IMG/VR virus record: IMGVR_UViG_3300048909_000132
Span: 831-64,830 of that record
Direction: 5' to 3' (one strand)
DNA length: 64,000 nucleotides
From: a virus
Lineage: Duplodnaviria > Caudoviricetes
Shown here piece by piece: positions 43,401 through 51,768 of this stretch. The translations under genes and the position numbers were made by a program. Position 1 is the stretch's first letter. Every line of letters begins with the position of its first letter. The notes beneath the pieces were generated by a model. It did no database searches. It had not been told where the DNA came from and saw only the letters and a program-made list of their open reading frames with translations.

Positions 43401-44242
43401 TTCGCCTCGTTCTTGGCCGTGAGGTTGGCGATCGAGTCGCCCAGGATCTTCCACGCATCTGCTTGCTTTTGCGCCGCCGCTGCCGCCGCCTCCTGCTGGG
43501 CTGCGAGCGCTTTGGCGGTGCCCGTGGTCTGGCCGTACTTGGCGTTGAGTTCATCGAGTGCCTTGGCCTGCGCCAGTGGCCCTTTGATCGCGCCGAGTTC
43601 GAATGCCCGCGTGAGCAAGGCAAGCTCGCCCTCGTAGGCCTTCGACGCGGCGAATGTGCTGTCGAACCTGGCGCGCAGCGAGTCGAGCGACTGGCCGTAG
43701 ACGGCAGCCTCTGCCGATCCTTTGACGAAGGCAGCCGAGGTCGCCGCTGCCGACGTCGCCAGCCCGGTGAGCAGCTCGTCGCCGGATTCAAGACCGGCCT
43801 GCCACAGCTTCTGCGCCTGGGCGGCACCTTCCTGCGCTTCGCGCGTCGCGATCAGGCTTGCCTTCAGGCGGTCGACGTTGTCAGCGAGCCTCTGCAGCAC
43901 CCTCGCGGTCTGGTCCTGATCGGCACCGCCGTCAGCCATCGCCTTGTTCGCCAGGGCGGTGACGCGGGTCAGCTCCTCCTGCGCAGACTTCAGCCGGTAG
44001 GCCGCAGCGGTGACGTCGTCGTTCCGGCGCGCCACGCGGTCCCACGCGGCAGAGGCGGCGGTGACCTTGGTGGCAGCACCCTCGGCAGCGACACCGGCTC
44101 CAGTGACCGCCGCAGCGGCGCCCGCAGCCGATTTGGTGACGCCGTCGAGAGTGTCCTTGAGCTTGTCGAGCTTCGGGGTGGCCTGATCGTCGGTGTTGAG
44201 GCCGAGCGTATAGTTTTCGCGGGTTTGATCGGTGCCTGACAT
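37481..44242 (-). CDS. tape measure protein (2253 aa)
   Basis: Ala/Gln-rich helical; lambda-type LGVQTVQFFSSL.SG segment; Gly-rich membrane-like region. Confidence 0.9.
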   Translation of the reverse strand: MSGTDQTRENYTLGLNTDDQATPKLDKLKDTLDGVTKSAAGAAAAVTGAGVAAEGAATKVTAASAAWDRVARRNDDVTAAAYRLKSAQEELTRVTALANKAMADGGADQDQTARVLQRLADNVDRLKASLIATREAQEGAAQAQKLWQAGLESGDELLTGLATSAAATSAAFVKGSAEAAVYGQSLDSLRARFDSTFAASKAYEGELALLTRAFELGAIKGPLAQAKALDELNAKYGQTTGTAKALAAQQEAAAAAAQKQADAWKILGDSIANLTAKNEANRASYDSVFRVSKEYEAQLNKMTADLNANRISQEQFNVFLDKANATMANAGRTVAAYAAGHGQAAFATRQLGVQTVQFFSSLESGIPFMTALVEQGHQLVDVALATGTGFGVVGQAVKAAFAALISTTGLVVTGVTAVVGAVVLMGYSAESSQRQLLGLQNTLRATRDDYLGLANVVNQASRNVASSSGLSVSEARTAGATIAGAPRFEGTQRELEDLIRLSGDLAVTWGVKVPDAAKVLADAMEDPAKVADDLAKKHFPGMTAELARLIERMANSGDAAGAYNAVIKVLKDQNDHASDSLTHLQQALRDTANLFTSSKTSGSSWGDVINQTVADVIDHFNTLIRKIQETRQAAKDAQAATPQGPSPAAVDIGIAEPFDSTVGQLPSVAARVANIPTAASAQQPDTRLPGLTDAMKNLALDAAKAVDTFNAAMDKAVNLVKASPFGKLQDASDAVTGLTTALDTLGPRTVENAKRFDELSLSLQISQKALDDAQIAANNYFKTATDKSVEATEAQAQGQRDIAAAYADGNDAVIQATAYAKAYEAALSQEIPGTDRFTAAVIRMTVANVDNARSVGAVKAAEDSRNIDDQIELINAETTAILNNTAANRANVQAIKDKQAVDKLGEAGASPDAQAHALAQRISLDAATADKQLATSAASLADKYKPAEVAQLNEKIGEFRDKLKELGPRTEENAAVVDKYANAIKGAEAEITRLNKTHEVHRAELDKQQDKLGAQIDAQNKLTKAYGEGGEAVLLITAQMKAQEQAISDNLKPGTEKFAAAVKQLTQEQLAYARAQAETKAVQESNDLAQDIKVVQAETTSLLDNSDARALMIQHMKDEYEIRKNNVGLTESEKQGLIAQKDALAQLTQVLANRQQTLSYLSQQFSSAFDAIGNAVTQAFVQGEGAAVKWGNVLHGVLTQVLQMFAHLAILNPIMNSLFGQNNPTLSSVFGLLGGGSSTSSASGLVGSALRLVDLGGGQQGLQLVGGAAGGVGGISSLIGTQEVGAGPGIGGVFGGGTIGGLAGLYAMGAGQGGGGTAGSSPGFLSNLSSLFQLGSGANTLSGGSLVNSLGLKGLFSGGEGNVGLFDTGGFFGSGGTVANFLSTPVIGSVSASATDTALAGLGTGVYGPATEAAYSAAGGAVPITVGGLTSIAGGVIGGYGIGSTVGGFEQRALGKVGPAPQIGAALGAVAGAGIGFVVGGPGGALIGGLLGGTLGGAGGGLIGPKAPSPFSSTMITVGPDGLLSVGGTASQLVDTSGERSGAISDAASINQILQARGLRVTSLEGANTGAPYLQIGQNTPGGFQDPSKYSSLGAAFPSLRFQSNDPLTQQFIQNRLFQSPEELQGVTTSLADFETALKGTKAESDTMGIALRALANAANTDVQPALQKAATFITATFPTLTAGNPGSLATAQSQVYAQYSDALAVSRQIGFGTDELLAAQQRAYDKNNKAAQDALDASAASVQSRFLTAQATVTGSPQDAMNAQLVAFDSNAKQTRQQLSDTLTGIWGDAYATTADYAQRMADNDKATAEERLAIQVQFNKQQVQLIEASNEQLLTLQARAATAAAALTGDPTRMQAAQVGALNAQQAIERNQYIQSEQQTYGDLFGTADPNNLAKWLALLSSQNDEMALLNQQIARANLQLKVASDQQDQTIALRFGNAQAALNPSLAPSAALSSFDVQASQERQNLYLSLTATYGNAYAATQEYADKLNALVKTQGEERLVLEQTLHDRQMQQAAASQQQDASFATRYENAAAQVSGSVADQKKAALDALDEQQREERTSLYMNLTATYGAAYALTQDYANKLTALQKAQGEERLALQKQQDDALKSQASASIASLNQYAISLQTSDKSPLSPQAQLALAQRQFDTQANLAASGNYGAVQTLQQYSDAYLSAAHNVYGSGIDYVQAFGKVITALATVGAQSPDLLTASVLQTETRTQTAILVEQLQDLQDEVKQLRVQLAQGTSAPARVS

Positions 44243-44243
44243 C

Positions 44244-44918
44244 TCAGCGCTCGGTCAGCCTGAGAGCCGGGTAGGTGATCGTCTCGCCGCGGTGCGGGCC
44301 GCGCTTCAGGACGTAGGGAACCTGCCACCCGCGTGCGAAGCCGCCGCCAGGGAGGACGACGAACAGCCGCTCGATGAGCGCGCCAGGGAACTGCTTCTGC
44401 GCCCACTGCCGCGTGCGCTCGGTGACGACGAGTTCGGGCCGCACGTATGAAGACAGCCGTCCGCTCCGACCAAGCCGCCCCTGTTCTTCCAAGCGACGGA
44501 AGTAGGGGGCGAAGTTGGTCAGGATGACGGCCGAGTTGTGGGGGATTTGCTGCGTGAAGTCGGTGTACGGCACGCCGTCGACCAACAGGAACCACGCATC
44601 CGCGAACGCGCCGGTCTGGCGCGGCGATATGGCCTTCGCGTAGGCGAGCATCGCGCGTGCAACGCCATCGAGCAGCTGGAACTGGATGGTGATGACAGAG
44701 CCACGAAACGTGACGGTGCTCAGTTCCTTCGTCTCTTTGCCGTCGACGAACTGCCGATACACCGGCAACTGACCGCCGTGCGCCATCTCCTCAAGGCGTT
44801 CCTTCAGGTGCTTGGCCACGCGCCTGCTCGCATCGGGTGACTGGACCTGACGGTCCAGCATCCGACGCGTGATTTTGAGGAGGTTTGCACCAGCGTTTGC
44901 CGCGGTGAGCGATGGCAT
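44244..44918 (-). CDS. tail completion protein (HK97 gp10-like motifs)
   Basis: SPRQTGAFADAW, N.APY..RLE.G. Confidence 0.5.
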   Translation of the reverse strand: MPSLTAANAGANLLKITRRMLDRQVQSPDASRRVAKHLKERLEEMAHGGQLPVYRQFVDGKETKELSTVTFRGSVITIQFQLLDGVARAMLAYAKAISPRQTGAFADAWFLLVDGVPYTDFTQQIPHNSAVILTNFAPYFRRLEEQGRLGRSGRLSSYVRPELVVTERTRQWAQKQFPGALIERLFVVLPGGGFARGWQVPYVLKRGPHRGETITYPALRLTER

Positions 44919-45319
44919 CAGCGCGGCCTCCGTGATGGCGTCGGTGGATCCGGCGGGTGTCTCTCGATCCACCAGTCGCGATATTCGCCGTCCATCGCCT
45001 GCATCACGCGATCGAGCATTTCGAACTCGGGGCGTGACAGGTGATGGAACCGGGCCCACTCGCGCACCACCATCCAAGGGATGTCTCCTGGCACCGCTGG
45101 TCCCATCCCGCCGCCATGCTGCGGACGATCGGGATGAAGCCGGTGCCAGGCCCGCCAGATCCACAGGAATTGGGGTTCGATGAACGGGGCGGGGGGCATG
45201 TCCGCTTCGGACATGTCGGGTCGCTGCCCTGCATCGAGTTGTGCCTGACGACGCTTCATCAGGCGTGCGCGGAGCGAGCCGTAGTTCAGCTCGAGCCGGA
45301 GTCCAACGGTGAGTTTTTT
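44918..45319 (-). CDS. tail assembly chaperone, frameshifted C-terminal extension (gpGT-like)
   Basis: -1 frame open from the slippery site; W.AW..L...RP..G....IPW..V.EWA motif. Confidence 0.75.
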   Translation of the reverse strand, partial: KKLTVGLRLELNYGSLRARLMKRRQAQLDAGQRPDMSEADMPPAPFIEPQFLWIWRAWHRLHPDRPQHGGGMGPAVPGDIPWMVVREWARFHHLSRPEFEMLDRVMQAMDGEYRDWWIERHPPDPPTPSRRPR

Positions 45320-45723
45320 GCCGCTGCCTCGACCTGGGCGACAGAGCGCGCGGAGACGCGGCCCGCAGCCTCCCAGCACAGCCTGGACAGCCTGCCGTAG
45401 TCGGGCTGGTAGAGCAGCTTGTGGAACTGCTCGAGCGTCACAGGCTCGTTGGTATCCTCGTCGTTGAGGTTGCGCACGCCGATGATGAGGAAGTCCTCCA
45501 TCAGCGATGCATTGATCCGCCGCTGCTCCGCGTTCGGGATCCGCTTTTCATCCCCGGCATAGGGTTCTGCTGCGGCGCTGGTGCGTGCGGCGCGTGCGTC
45601 GTGAAAGCCGTCGGTGAAGCCCCTCACTTGGATCTCAAGATCCCCGAAGGCCTCGTTCACGCGCACCCAGATGCCGTCATTGATCGCTCGGACATCCGAG
45701 CGGAACTCTTTCAAGTTTGCCAT
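45286..45723 (-). CDS. tail assembly chaperone (gpG-like)
   Basis: Follows the tail tubes; G.WV, LI.G..NL; ends AAKN-slippery. Confidence 0.8.
   Translation of the reverse strand: MANLKEFRSDVRAINDGIWVRVNEAFGDLEIQVRGFTDGFHDARAARTSAAAEPYAGDEKRIPNAEQRRINASLMEDFLIIGVRNLNDEDTNEPVTLEQFHKLLYQPDYGRLSRLCWEAAGRVSARSVAQVEAAAKNSPLDSGSS
45313..45319 (-). other. -1 programmed frameshift heptamer A AAA AAC
   Basis: GCA AAA AAC at the 3' end of gpG joins to the 44918 frame. Confidence 0.75.
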
Positions 45724-45862
45724 TGTGCTTCCTGACCGGTTGGAAGGTTGTGGCGCGTGGCCGAAGCCCGGTCGGCAACAGCCACGCGCCGACCGGCGGG
45801 GAGGAAACGTCCCGCCTGCCATCAGCGCCCGGTGGGACGCCGATCTCGCGATGAACTGCTGC

Positions 45863-47077
45863 TCAGTTCGGTGTGGGGTTGCGGTCGATCTGGAATGTGC
45901 CGCCGGCGACGGGATCGGGGTTCACCTCAAAGGTGACGTCGACGAACAGCGCTGTGCCTGGACCGGTGGCGTTGATCTTGCAGAACAACACGACCTGTTG
46001 GAACGACAGCACGTAGGAGTTCTTGGCCGCATCTTGCAGATAGATCTGCATGTCGGCGGAAAACTCCGTCTGGAAGCGGTCGTAGATGATGAAGTCCTTG
46101 CAATACATCCTGAAGGCGCCGGACGCCGTGAATGTGCCGCCGAGCATGCCGTCAGCACCGGCAGTGCCACCGAGGCTGAACTCAGGCGCAGCGCCAGTGT
46201 TCTCCAGCGTCAGTGAAAGCTGATCGAGCAGGCCGACGATGGCGCCAGCGTTGTAGAGGATCTTCACGAAGCCTGAGACTGGATCGATCACCGGGCCTGA
46301 TGGCGCGGGCAGGGCGGCGCCGGTCGATGCTTCGACTGTCGCTGAGATCTCCGACTGTGCGACGACATCGATCGCGCCAGTGAAGAAGTTGCCGACACTG
46401 GTCCCGAGCGTGATGCGCGTCACGTAGGTGCCGCCGTAGCGCAGGAACTTGTTGGAGGAAAACTTCTGCTGGACGTACAGGCTTTTGAATGTCGTGCCGT
46501 TGTTGAGCGTCGAACCGGTGATCAGGACATTGGCTCCGCTCGACGTCTCGGTCGCGGCGCCCACTGCATTGCCGTTGACGGTGATGTGGCTGTTGTCGGC
46601 CTTCGCCGTCACCCGCCACCAGTTATTGTATTGCACAATCGTCGTGAAACCGGACACGCGTATGTACTGCCCGACGTTGATGCTGGTGAACTTGGTCGCC
46701 AGGGTGGACGACAGCGTCTGGTTGGTAGTGCCAGTCGACGTCATCGTGATGTCGGCGCCGATGGAGGCGATGGCGAATGGCGGGGTCCAGTCGTTCTGCA
46801 TCAGCGACGCGAAGAAGTCGTCATAGCTCCCGTAGCTCAGAGCGTAGTTGATCGTGCCGCCTGCGACTTGCTGCGTCGTGAGCGCCTGCGAGACTTCCCG
46901 CGAGACGTTGATCTCGCTAGGACGCTGCCTCGTCTTGGTGAGCGCGAGCGTGTCCGACATGTACCGGATCGCCTGGAACTGCACCAAAGGCCGCGCGCCC
47001 CACGTAACCTCGACGCCATATGAGAGCTGCGTTTGGTTGGCTTCGACGCCAGCCTGATAACCTAAAGTCGCGGGCAT
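45863..47077 (-). CDS. major tail tube protein paralog 2
   Basis: E.TWG, RPSEI..RE, GGTINYALSY, SG....Y; paralog of 47102-48304. Confidence 0.8.
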   Translation of the reverse strand: MPATLGYQAGVEANQTQLSYGVEVTWGARPLVQFQAIRYMSDTLALTKTRQRPSEINVSREVSQALTTQQVAGGTINYALSYGSYDDFFASLMQNDWTPPFAIASIGADITMTSTGTTNQTLSSTLATKFTSINVGQYIRVSGFTTIVQYNNWWRVTAKADNSHITVNGNAVGAATETSSGANVLITGSTLNNGTTFKSLYVQQKFSSNKFLRYGGTYVTRITLGTSVGNFFTGAIDVVAQSEISATVEASTGAALPAPSGPVIDPVSGFVKILYNAGAIVGLLDQLSLTLENTGAAPEFSLGGTAGADGMLGGTFTASGAFRMYCKDFIIYDRFQTEFSADMQIYLQDAAKNSYVLSFQQVVLFCKINATGPGTALFVDVTFEVNPDPVAGGTFQIDRNPTPN

Positions 47078-47101
47078 GGCCGCATCTCCCTCGCTGGCGG
47101 A

Positions 47102-48304
47102 TTAGGTGTTGGGCAGGCGGTCGATGATGACGGTGCCGCCGGTCGGTGCCGGGTTGGCTTCAAACGTCACCTCGGCGTAGACCGGCTGTCCTGGGCCAGG
47201 GGCGTTCATTTTCACCATCATGAACGCGTTCGGGAACGTAATGGCGTAGGAATTGCCAGTGTTGCCCTGGATGATGAAAGTGAGCACACCGAGCGTCTCG
47301 GTGGTGAACAGATTGTAGTTTGTGAAATCGTTGAAGTACATGCGGAACGTGCCGCTCGCGCTGAACGTGCCGCTAAGGATGCCGACAGAAAGCTGATTGC
47401 CGAGGCCATACTCTGGCGCTGCCCCGGTGTTCTCCAGCGTGACTGCCATCTGGTCGAGCGTGCCGACCATCGGCGCCCCGTTCCAAAATGCGCCGACGAA
47501 CCCGGTGACCGGGTCCATGACGGTATTCGTTGGCGCGGCGATGATGGCGCCGGTCGAGGAGTCGGTGGTGTTGTTGTCCTCGTCCTTCGCCACGATATCG
47601 ATCGCACCGGTAAAGAAGTTGCCGACCGATCCGGAGAGCGTCATGCGCGCCACGTAGGCGCCGGGATAGACGAGGAACATGGACGGCGACATCGACTGCT
47701 GCAGGAACAGCGATTTGAACGTGGTGCCATTGGTGATCGTCGAACCGCGGACGTGAGCTGCGGTGCCAGCGGGCGTCTCGGTGACGACCGACGTCCGGTT
47801 GGTGCCCTCGAGCGTCAGGTGCGAATCGTCGGTGTGGATCTTGACGTACCACCAGCCGTTGTTGAGCGGGTTGGTGAAGCCATAGAGCTTGATCCAGCAC
47901 CCTTGTGCGAGGTTTGCGAACTTGGTGGACAGCGTTGACGACAGCACGACGACGCCGCCTGTGTTGGTCAGCGTGATGTCGCCGGCGATGCCGTTGATGG
48001 TCTGGAAGGCCTGCCAGTCCTTTTGCAGCACCACACTGATGAAATCGTCATAGGTGCTGTAGCTCATCGCGTAGTTGATCGTGCCGCCCGCAGTCTGCTG
48101 CGTCGTGACCGCTTGGCTCGCCTCACGCGTGATGTTGATTTCGCTCGGTCGCTGGCGGGTTTTCGTTTCCGCCAACGTGTCGCTCATGTAGCGGATCGCT
48201 TTGAAGGCGACGGCGGGCGCGACACCCCACGTTGCTTCGACGGCGTACGAGATCCTGGTCTGGTTGGCTTCGATGCCAGCCTGATAAGCGGCAGTCGCGG
48301 GCAT
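47102..48304 (-). CDS. major tail tube protein paralog 1
   Basis: Same motifs; GGAGA RBS. Confidence 0.8.
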   Translation of the reverse strand: MPATAAYQAGIEANQTRISYAVEATWGVAPAVAFKAIRYMSDTLAETKTRQRPSEINITREASQAVTTQQTAGGTINYAMSYSTYDDFISVVLQKDWQAFQTINGIAGDITLTNTGGVVVLSSTLSTKFANLAQGCWIKLYGFTNPLNNGWWYVKIHTDDSHLTLEGTNRTSVVTETPAGTAAHVRGSTITNGTTFKSLFLQQSMSPSMFLVYPGAYVARMTLSGSVGNFFTGAIDIVAKDEDNNTTDSSTGAIIAAPTNTVMDPVTGFVGAFWNGAPMVGTLDQMAVTLENTGAAPEYGLGNQLSVGILSGTFSASGTFRMYFNDFTNYNLFTTETLGVLTFIIQGNTGNSYAITFPNAFMMVKMNAPGPGQPVYAEVTFEANPAPTGGTVIIDRLPNT

Positions 48305-48356
48305 GATGTTCTCCTGTGGTTAGACGTTCGCGCGCGGCGACCGCTTGCAGGCCGCG

Positions 48357-48986
48357 TCAGGTCGCGCGGCGCGGGGACGCCGCAGCTCGGGTGGCTGGAG
48401 TCTGTGTCGGGGAGCGCCTGGTGCTGCCGGTGATGGTCGCGCCGCTCGCCTGGGTGAGCAGGCAGGTTGCCGAGATGTCGGTGCCGGAAGCGGGCGCTCC
48501 CGCGTAGCCGATCGTGGCCGCAGGCCCGGTCGCAGCGGTCGCAACTATGAAGCCAGCGCCAGCGGTGCAGCGCGCATCGGCGCCGAGCGCGGCATCGATC
48601 AGGGACGCGGCCTCCGGAATGCCCGCCACCCCGGTAAAGTCCAGAGGACCAACCTCGGTCGCGACGCCGTCGATGGTGATCGAGAACCCGCCGTCTGTGA
48701 TGGCATCCAGCGCCGCTGTCAGCGCGACCGGATCGACGATGGTGCCGCCGGTCAGGATCGCCGCGGTCGATGTCGGCGGCGTTTCTGACGCGCCGATGCC
48801 ACCTGACGGCAGGACGTGCTTCGCGACGATGGACTCGTAGACCCAGAAGCCGTAGCGGGTGCCGTCCTGGCTGAGTTCGATGCACCGGAGCTTGGCGTCG
48901 GTTTCGTTGGTTCCGACGATCTCGCCCGTCTCGGTATAGGTGCCACTATTGGCAGGCGTCTCCGCAAGAATATGGAACTCTTCCAT
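48357..48986 (-). CDS. structural protein with a sheath-like (DUF3383-type) beta domain
   Basis: AITDGGFSITIDG...LDFTGVA...AA..I.AAL...TG.A.TI.YA...GTDIS. Confidence 0.55.
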   Translation of the reverse strand: MEEFHILAETPANSGTYTETGEIVGTNETDAKLRCIELSQDGTRYGFWVYESIVAKHVLPSGGIGASETPPTSTAAILTGGTIVDPVALTAALDAITDGGFSITIDGVATEVGPLDFTGVAGIPEAASLIDAALGADARCTAGAGFIVATAATGPAATIGYAGAPASGTDISATCLLTQASGATITGSTRRSPTQTPATRAAASPRRAT

Positions 48987-49020
48987 TTCCAGTGTCCTTC
49001 TTCAGGTAAAGCGGGGGATT

Positions 49021-49461
49021 TCAGTAGGGCGCGGGGTTGACCAGTCGATCTTGGAACTTGTAACGAACGATCAGCGGCAGCCGCCGATACATCCCGTCAT
49101 CCATCGTCCATTGCAGCGGGTCCGATGACTGGTTCTCGCTGTAGGTCAGGCCTTCCGGTGTCATGCCGGGTCTGAGGCCGCGAAATGCGACTTCGAACGC
49201 ATCCATGTAATCGAGCCATTTGCGCATGCCCGAGCCGATGGGGATCATCAGAAAGATGAAGATCTGGCCATGCTCTTCCCAGGTGTCGCCGCCGAGCTGT
49301 ATCGGGCCAGAAGTGTCGGAGGACACCTCAATCTGGACCCATGGCGCGGGTGGTGACGGTCGCGGTCCCGCGTCCTCGTTGGGCATCTCGAAAGGAATGC
49401 CCAATTGATCCGCGACCGCCTGAATGCGGGGGATCGCGTCGTCCCATACCTGGCCCTTCAT
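49021..49461 (-). CDS. tail terminator-like protein
   Basis: F..PN.......PW.....G....G.I.I.L..P.G.G pattern; synteny. Confidence 0.6.
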   Translation of the reverse strand: MKGQVWDDAIPRIQAVADQLGIPFEMPNEDAGPRPSPPAPWVQIEVSSDTSGPIQLGGDTWEEHGQIFIFLMIPIGSGMRKWLDYMDAFEVAFRGLRPGMTPEGLTYSENQSSDPLQWTMDDGMYRRLPLIVRYKFQDRLVNPAPY

Positions 49462-49463
49462 AG

Positions 49464-49805
49464 TTAGCCGCCGAGGGTCTTCAGGAAGTACACCATGCCA
49501 TCAGCGAGCCGATGACTTTCGGCGCGGCCTTCCACCGTGCGCGTGCTGCCATCCGCATAGACAATCTGGTCGCCATGGCGCGGCGGCTTCGGCCACTTCA
49601 CTGCGTCCATCTCGCGGTCAGTGAGCCTGACCAGATCGGCGTTCTGCTGGACCGAGCCGACCAGCACCGACGCAGCACCGGTATCCACGACGGCGCTGCA
49701 TTGCACGCTGAACGTGACCCTCCGCGTGCCGGTGAAGCGTTGGACAGTGACGATCTCTGCCTGCGGTTCGATTATTCGCAGGAAGTCGTCGACGCTCTGC
49801 CTCAT
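49464..49805 (-). CDS. head closure / head-tail adaptor
   Basis: Synteny, 113 aa. Confidence 0.5.
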   Translation of the reverse strand: MRQSVDDFLRIIEPQAEIVTVQRFTGTRRVTFSVQCSAVVDTGAASVLVGSVQQNADLVRLTDREMDAVKWPKPPRHGDQIVYADGSTRTVEGRAESHRLADGMVYFLKTLGG

Positions 49806-50245
49806 TTTGGAATGACCAGCCCGGTCAGCACCGTGTTGACGTAGGTTCCGGCCACGATCAGCACGAGCCGCAACCGGTCGCCCAGGACGTTGCAGAGCAG
49901 ACCATCGGTTGCCGGATCGCCTGCGCTGTCGATGCCGCCGACGCCAGGGGCGACAAAACCTGTCGTGCCACCGAACATCTCAAACAGCACGGCGCGTGTT
50001 GCTGTGGTGAACGTCACCTGGGCGATGTCGTAGGCGGGCCCGTCGATCCCCATTGCAGACTGCAAGAGCGCGGTCACCGAGGTGCCACCGGAACCCCAGG
50101 CGAAGCGCAGATCGACAGCAACGGAGGCCATGCCAGCCAGACCGTCGGTCCACTCGCCTGTCATCGTGCCGGGTGCGGTGATCTGGAAAGATCCGTTGTC
50201 CGTCCCGTCCGGTTGGAGGACGTAGACGACTGGTGCTTGCAGCAT
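49802..50245 (-). CDS. hypothetical structural protein
   Basis: beta-rich, ATGA overlap. Confidence 0.6.
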   Translation of the reverse strand: MLQAPVVYVLQPDGTDNGSFQITAPGTMTGEWTDGLAGMASVAVDLRFAWGSGGTSVTALLQSAMGIDGPAYDIAQVTFTTATRAVLFEMFGGTTGFVAPGVGGIDSAGDPATDGLLCNVLGDRLRLVLIVAGTYVNTVLTGLVIPK

Positions 50246-50255
50246 CGTGGGCCTC

Positions 50256-50444
50256 TCAGTGCAGGGGACGCAGGATCGATGCGCAGCACTCGACAACCAT
50301 TCTCGTCTCTGTCCGCAGCCGGTAGGTCGGGCCGAAGCATTCGGAGCAATCAGCCTCCTGGCAGATCACCACCGCGAGTTCCGGCTCGCAGCTCTCGCAT
50401 GTGATGAGGACCGTCTCCCCGTCGCGGAGCGACTTCAGGGTCAT
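50256..50444 (-). CDS. small Cys-rich protein
   Basis: CESC..C..CSEC..CC; ATGA overlap. Confidence 0.45.
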   Translation of the reverse strand: MTLKSLRDGETVLITCESCEPELAVVICQEADCSECFGPTYRLRTETRMVVECCASILRPLH

Positions 50445-51109
50445 ATCCGTTGCTCCCGGTATGGCTCGAGGCGCGCGGCCGCGGCGGGCACGATCGCCGC
50501 ATTCTCGCCGGCGGCGGGGTCGAAGTAGGTCGTCGACATCACGTTCACGACCGTCTCGGTCCTGATCGTCTGATCGCGCGAGCCAGTCGTGGCCTTGCGG
50601 TGCCCAAGCTGGATGAGGACCGCAGCCTCGAGGTCGGGCGGCAGATCCTGGCCCAGCGTGTAGCCGCCCGTGTACTGCACGATGATCGTGTTGGGGTACG
50701 GGTAGCCCATGTACCAGTAGACGTCGGGGTTCCCCCCGAACCATGGCACCCAGCAGTCATCGACCTGGGAGTACCGCCGCAGCAGACCGGCCTCGCCGTC
50801 GAGCTGCCACTGATCCGGCGTCAGCACCTCGTTGTTCCACGTCACCGAGATCACCTCGCTGACCGGGTAGAGCGCCAGCACGACATCGGTGCGAAAGCCG
50901 ACCTCGTTGCCAGTGAACGTCTGTTGCAGCGTCTCGTTGACCAGTCGCCGCCCGCAGAAGCGCTCGACGGATGCCGACTCCTCGCGGATCCAGCGCTTGA
51001 GGCGCGCGTCATATGACGAGCCGGTGATGCCGAGTTCCTCTTTCGCGGTCGCCAGCGTCGTGAGATCGCGGCTCGAGGCCTTGGTGACGACGGTGGTGAT
51101 CGACCGCAT
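50441..51109 (-). CDS. head-tail connector (gp6-like)
   Basis: LTTLATAKEELGI..D..L..I...S..VE.FCGR, Y.GGY..P.DLE.AVL. Confidence 0.8.
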   Translation of the reverse strand: MRSITTVVTKASSRDLTTLATAKEELGITGSSYDARLKRWIREESASVERFCGRRLVNETLQQTFTGNEVGFRTDVVLALYPVSEVISVTWNNEVLTPDQWQLDGEAGLLRRYSQVDDCWVPWFGGNPDVYWYMGYPYPNTIIVQYTGGYTLGQDLPPDLEAAVLIQLGHRKATTGSRDQTIRTETVVNVMSTTYFDPAAGENAAIVPAAAARLEPYREQRI

Positions 51110-51111
51110 GG

Positions 51112-51768
51112 TCAGAAACGCCGCTGGAAGGCGAATGAGGCGATGCCGTCGCGGCCCAGGCGGCTCTCTTCCTCGTTGTGTTCAAGCAACTCCCAGCCGA
51201 GGTCGCGCATCACCGCGAGGAAGCCGAAGCTGGTGAAGTACCAGCAATGCTCGTCGGGCCTGAAGTGCTTCGACGCCAGCACCTCGCACGGCCCGCTGTA
51301 GACCGGCATGGAGACGAACACGCGGGCCTGCACGCGCGCCAGGAGGCGGTCGAAGGCAGGAATGTGCTCAAGCACGTCCCAGAGCGTCACGGCCTCTACA
51401 GGCTCGCGGTAGGGGTCGCAGAAGAGGCCTTTCTCGCGCAGCCAATGCACGCCGACCGGGTTCACGTCGTAGCCACGGGTGCCTGGGCGGGCATCCACGA
51501 ACTGGCCACAGCCGATGCCGACGTCGACCACGGGCCGGTCCCAGTATCGGTCGACCAGATCGACGCGGCACTGTGTCAGGCGCCGCCCAAGGTCGGTGTC
51601 GCGATAGCCAAGGTAGCGGGCGAAGTAGCGCACGTCGTACGGCGCCAGCGGATCCTTGACCTCGTAGAAGCCGACGCCCAGGTCGGGGAGCCAGGTCAGC
51701 CGGTTGGCGGCGAGGCGGTCGAAGAGCGGGGCCGGGGGAGCCTTACTGTCCTCATCCAGCGCGACCAT
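51112..51768 (-). CDS. class I SAM-dependent methyltransferase
   Basis: VVDVGIGCG, GYDVNP, VTLWDVLEHI, EH.WYF; start uncertain. Confidence 0.8.
   Translation of the reverse strand: MVALDEDSKAPPAPLFDRLAANRLTWLPDLGVGFYEVKDPLAPYDVRYFARYLGYRDTDLGRRLTQCRVDLVDRYWDRPVVDVGIGCGQFVDARPGTRGYDVNPVGVHWLREKGLFCDPYREPVEAVTLWDVLEHIPAFDRLLARVQARVFVSMPVYSGPCEVLASKHFRPDEHCWYFTSFGFLAVMRDLGWELLEHNEEESRLGRDGIASFAFQRRF

Noticed and set aside
38417-44239. Long + strand ORFs antisense to the tape measure (e.g. 38417-40198, 43172-44239)
   Set aside because: Shadow ORFs of GC-rich coding DNA; no recognisable motifs or RBS.
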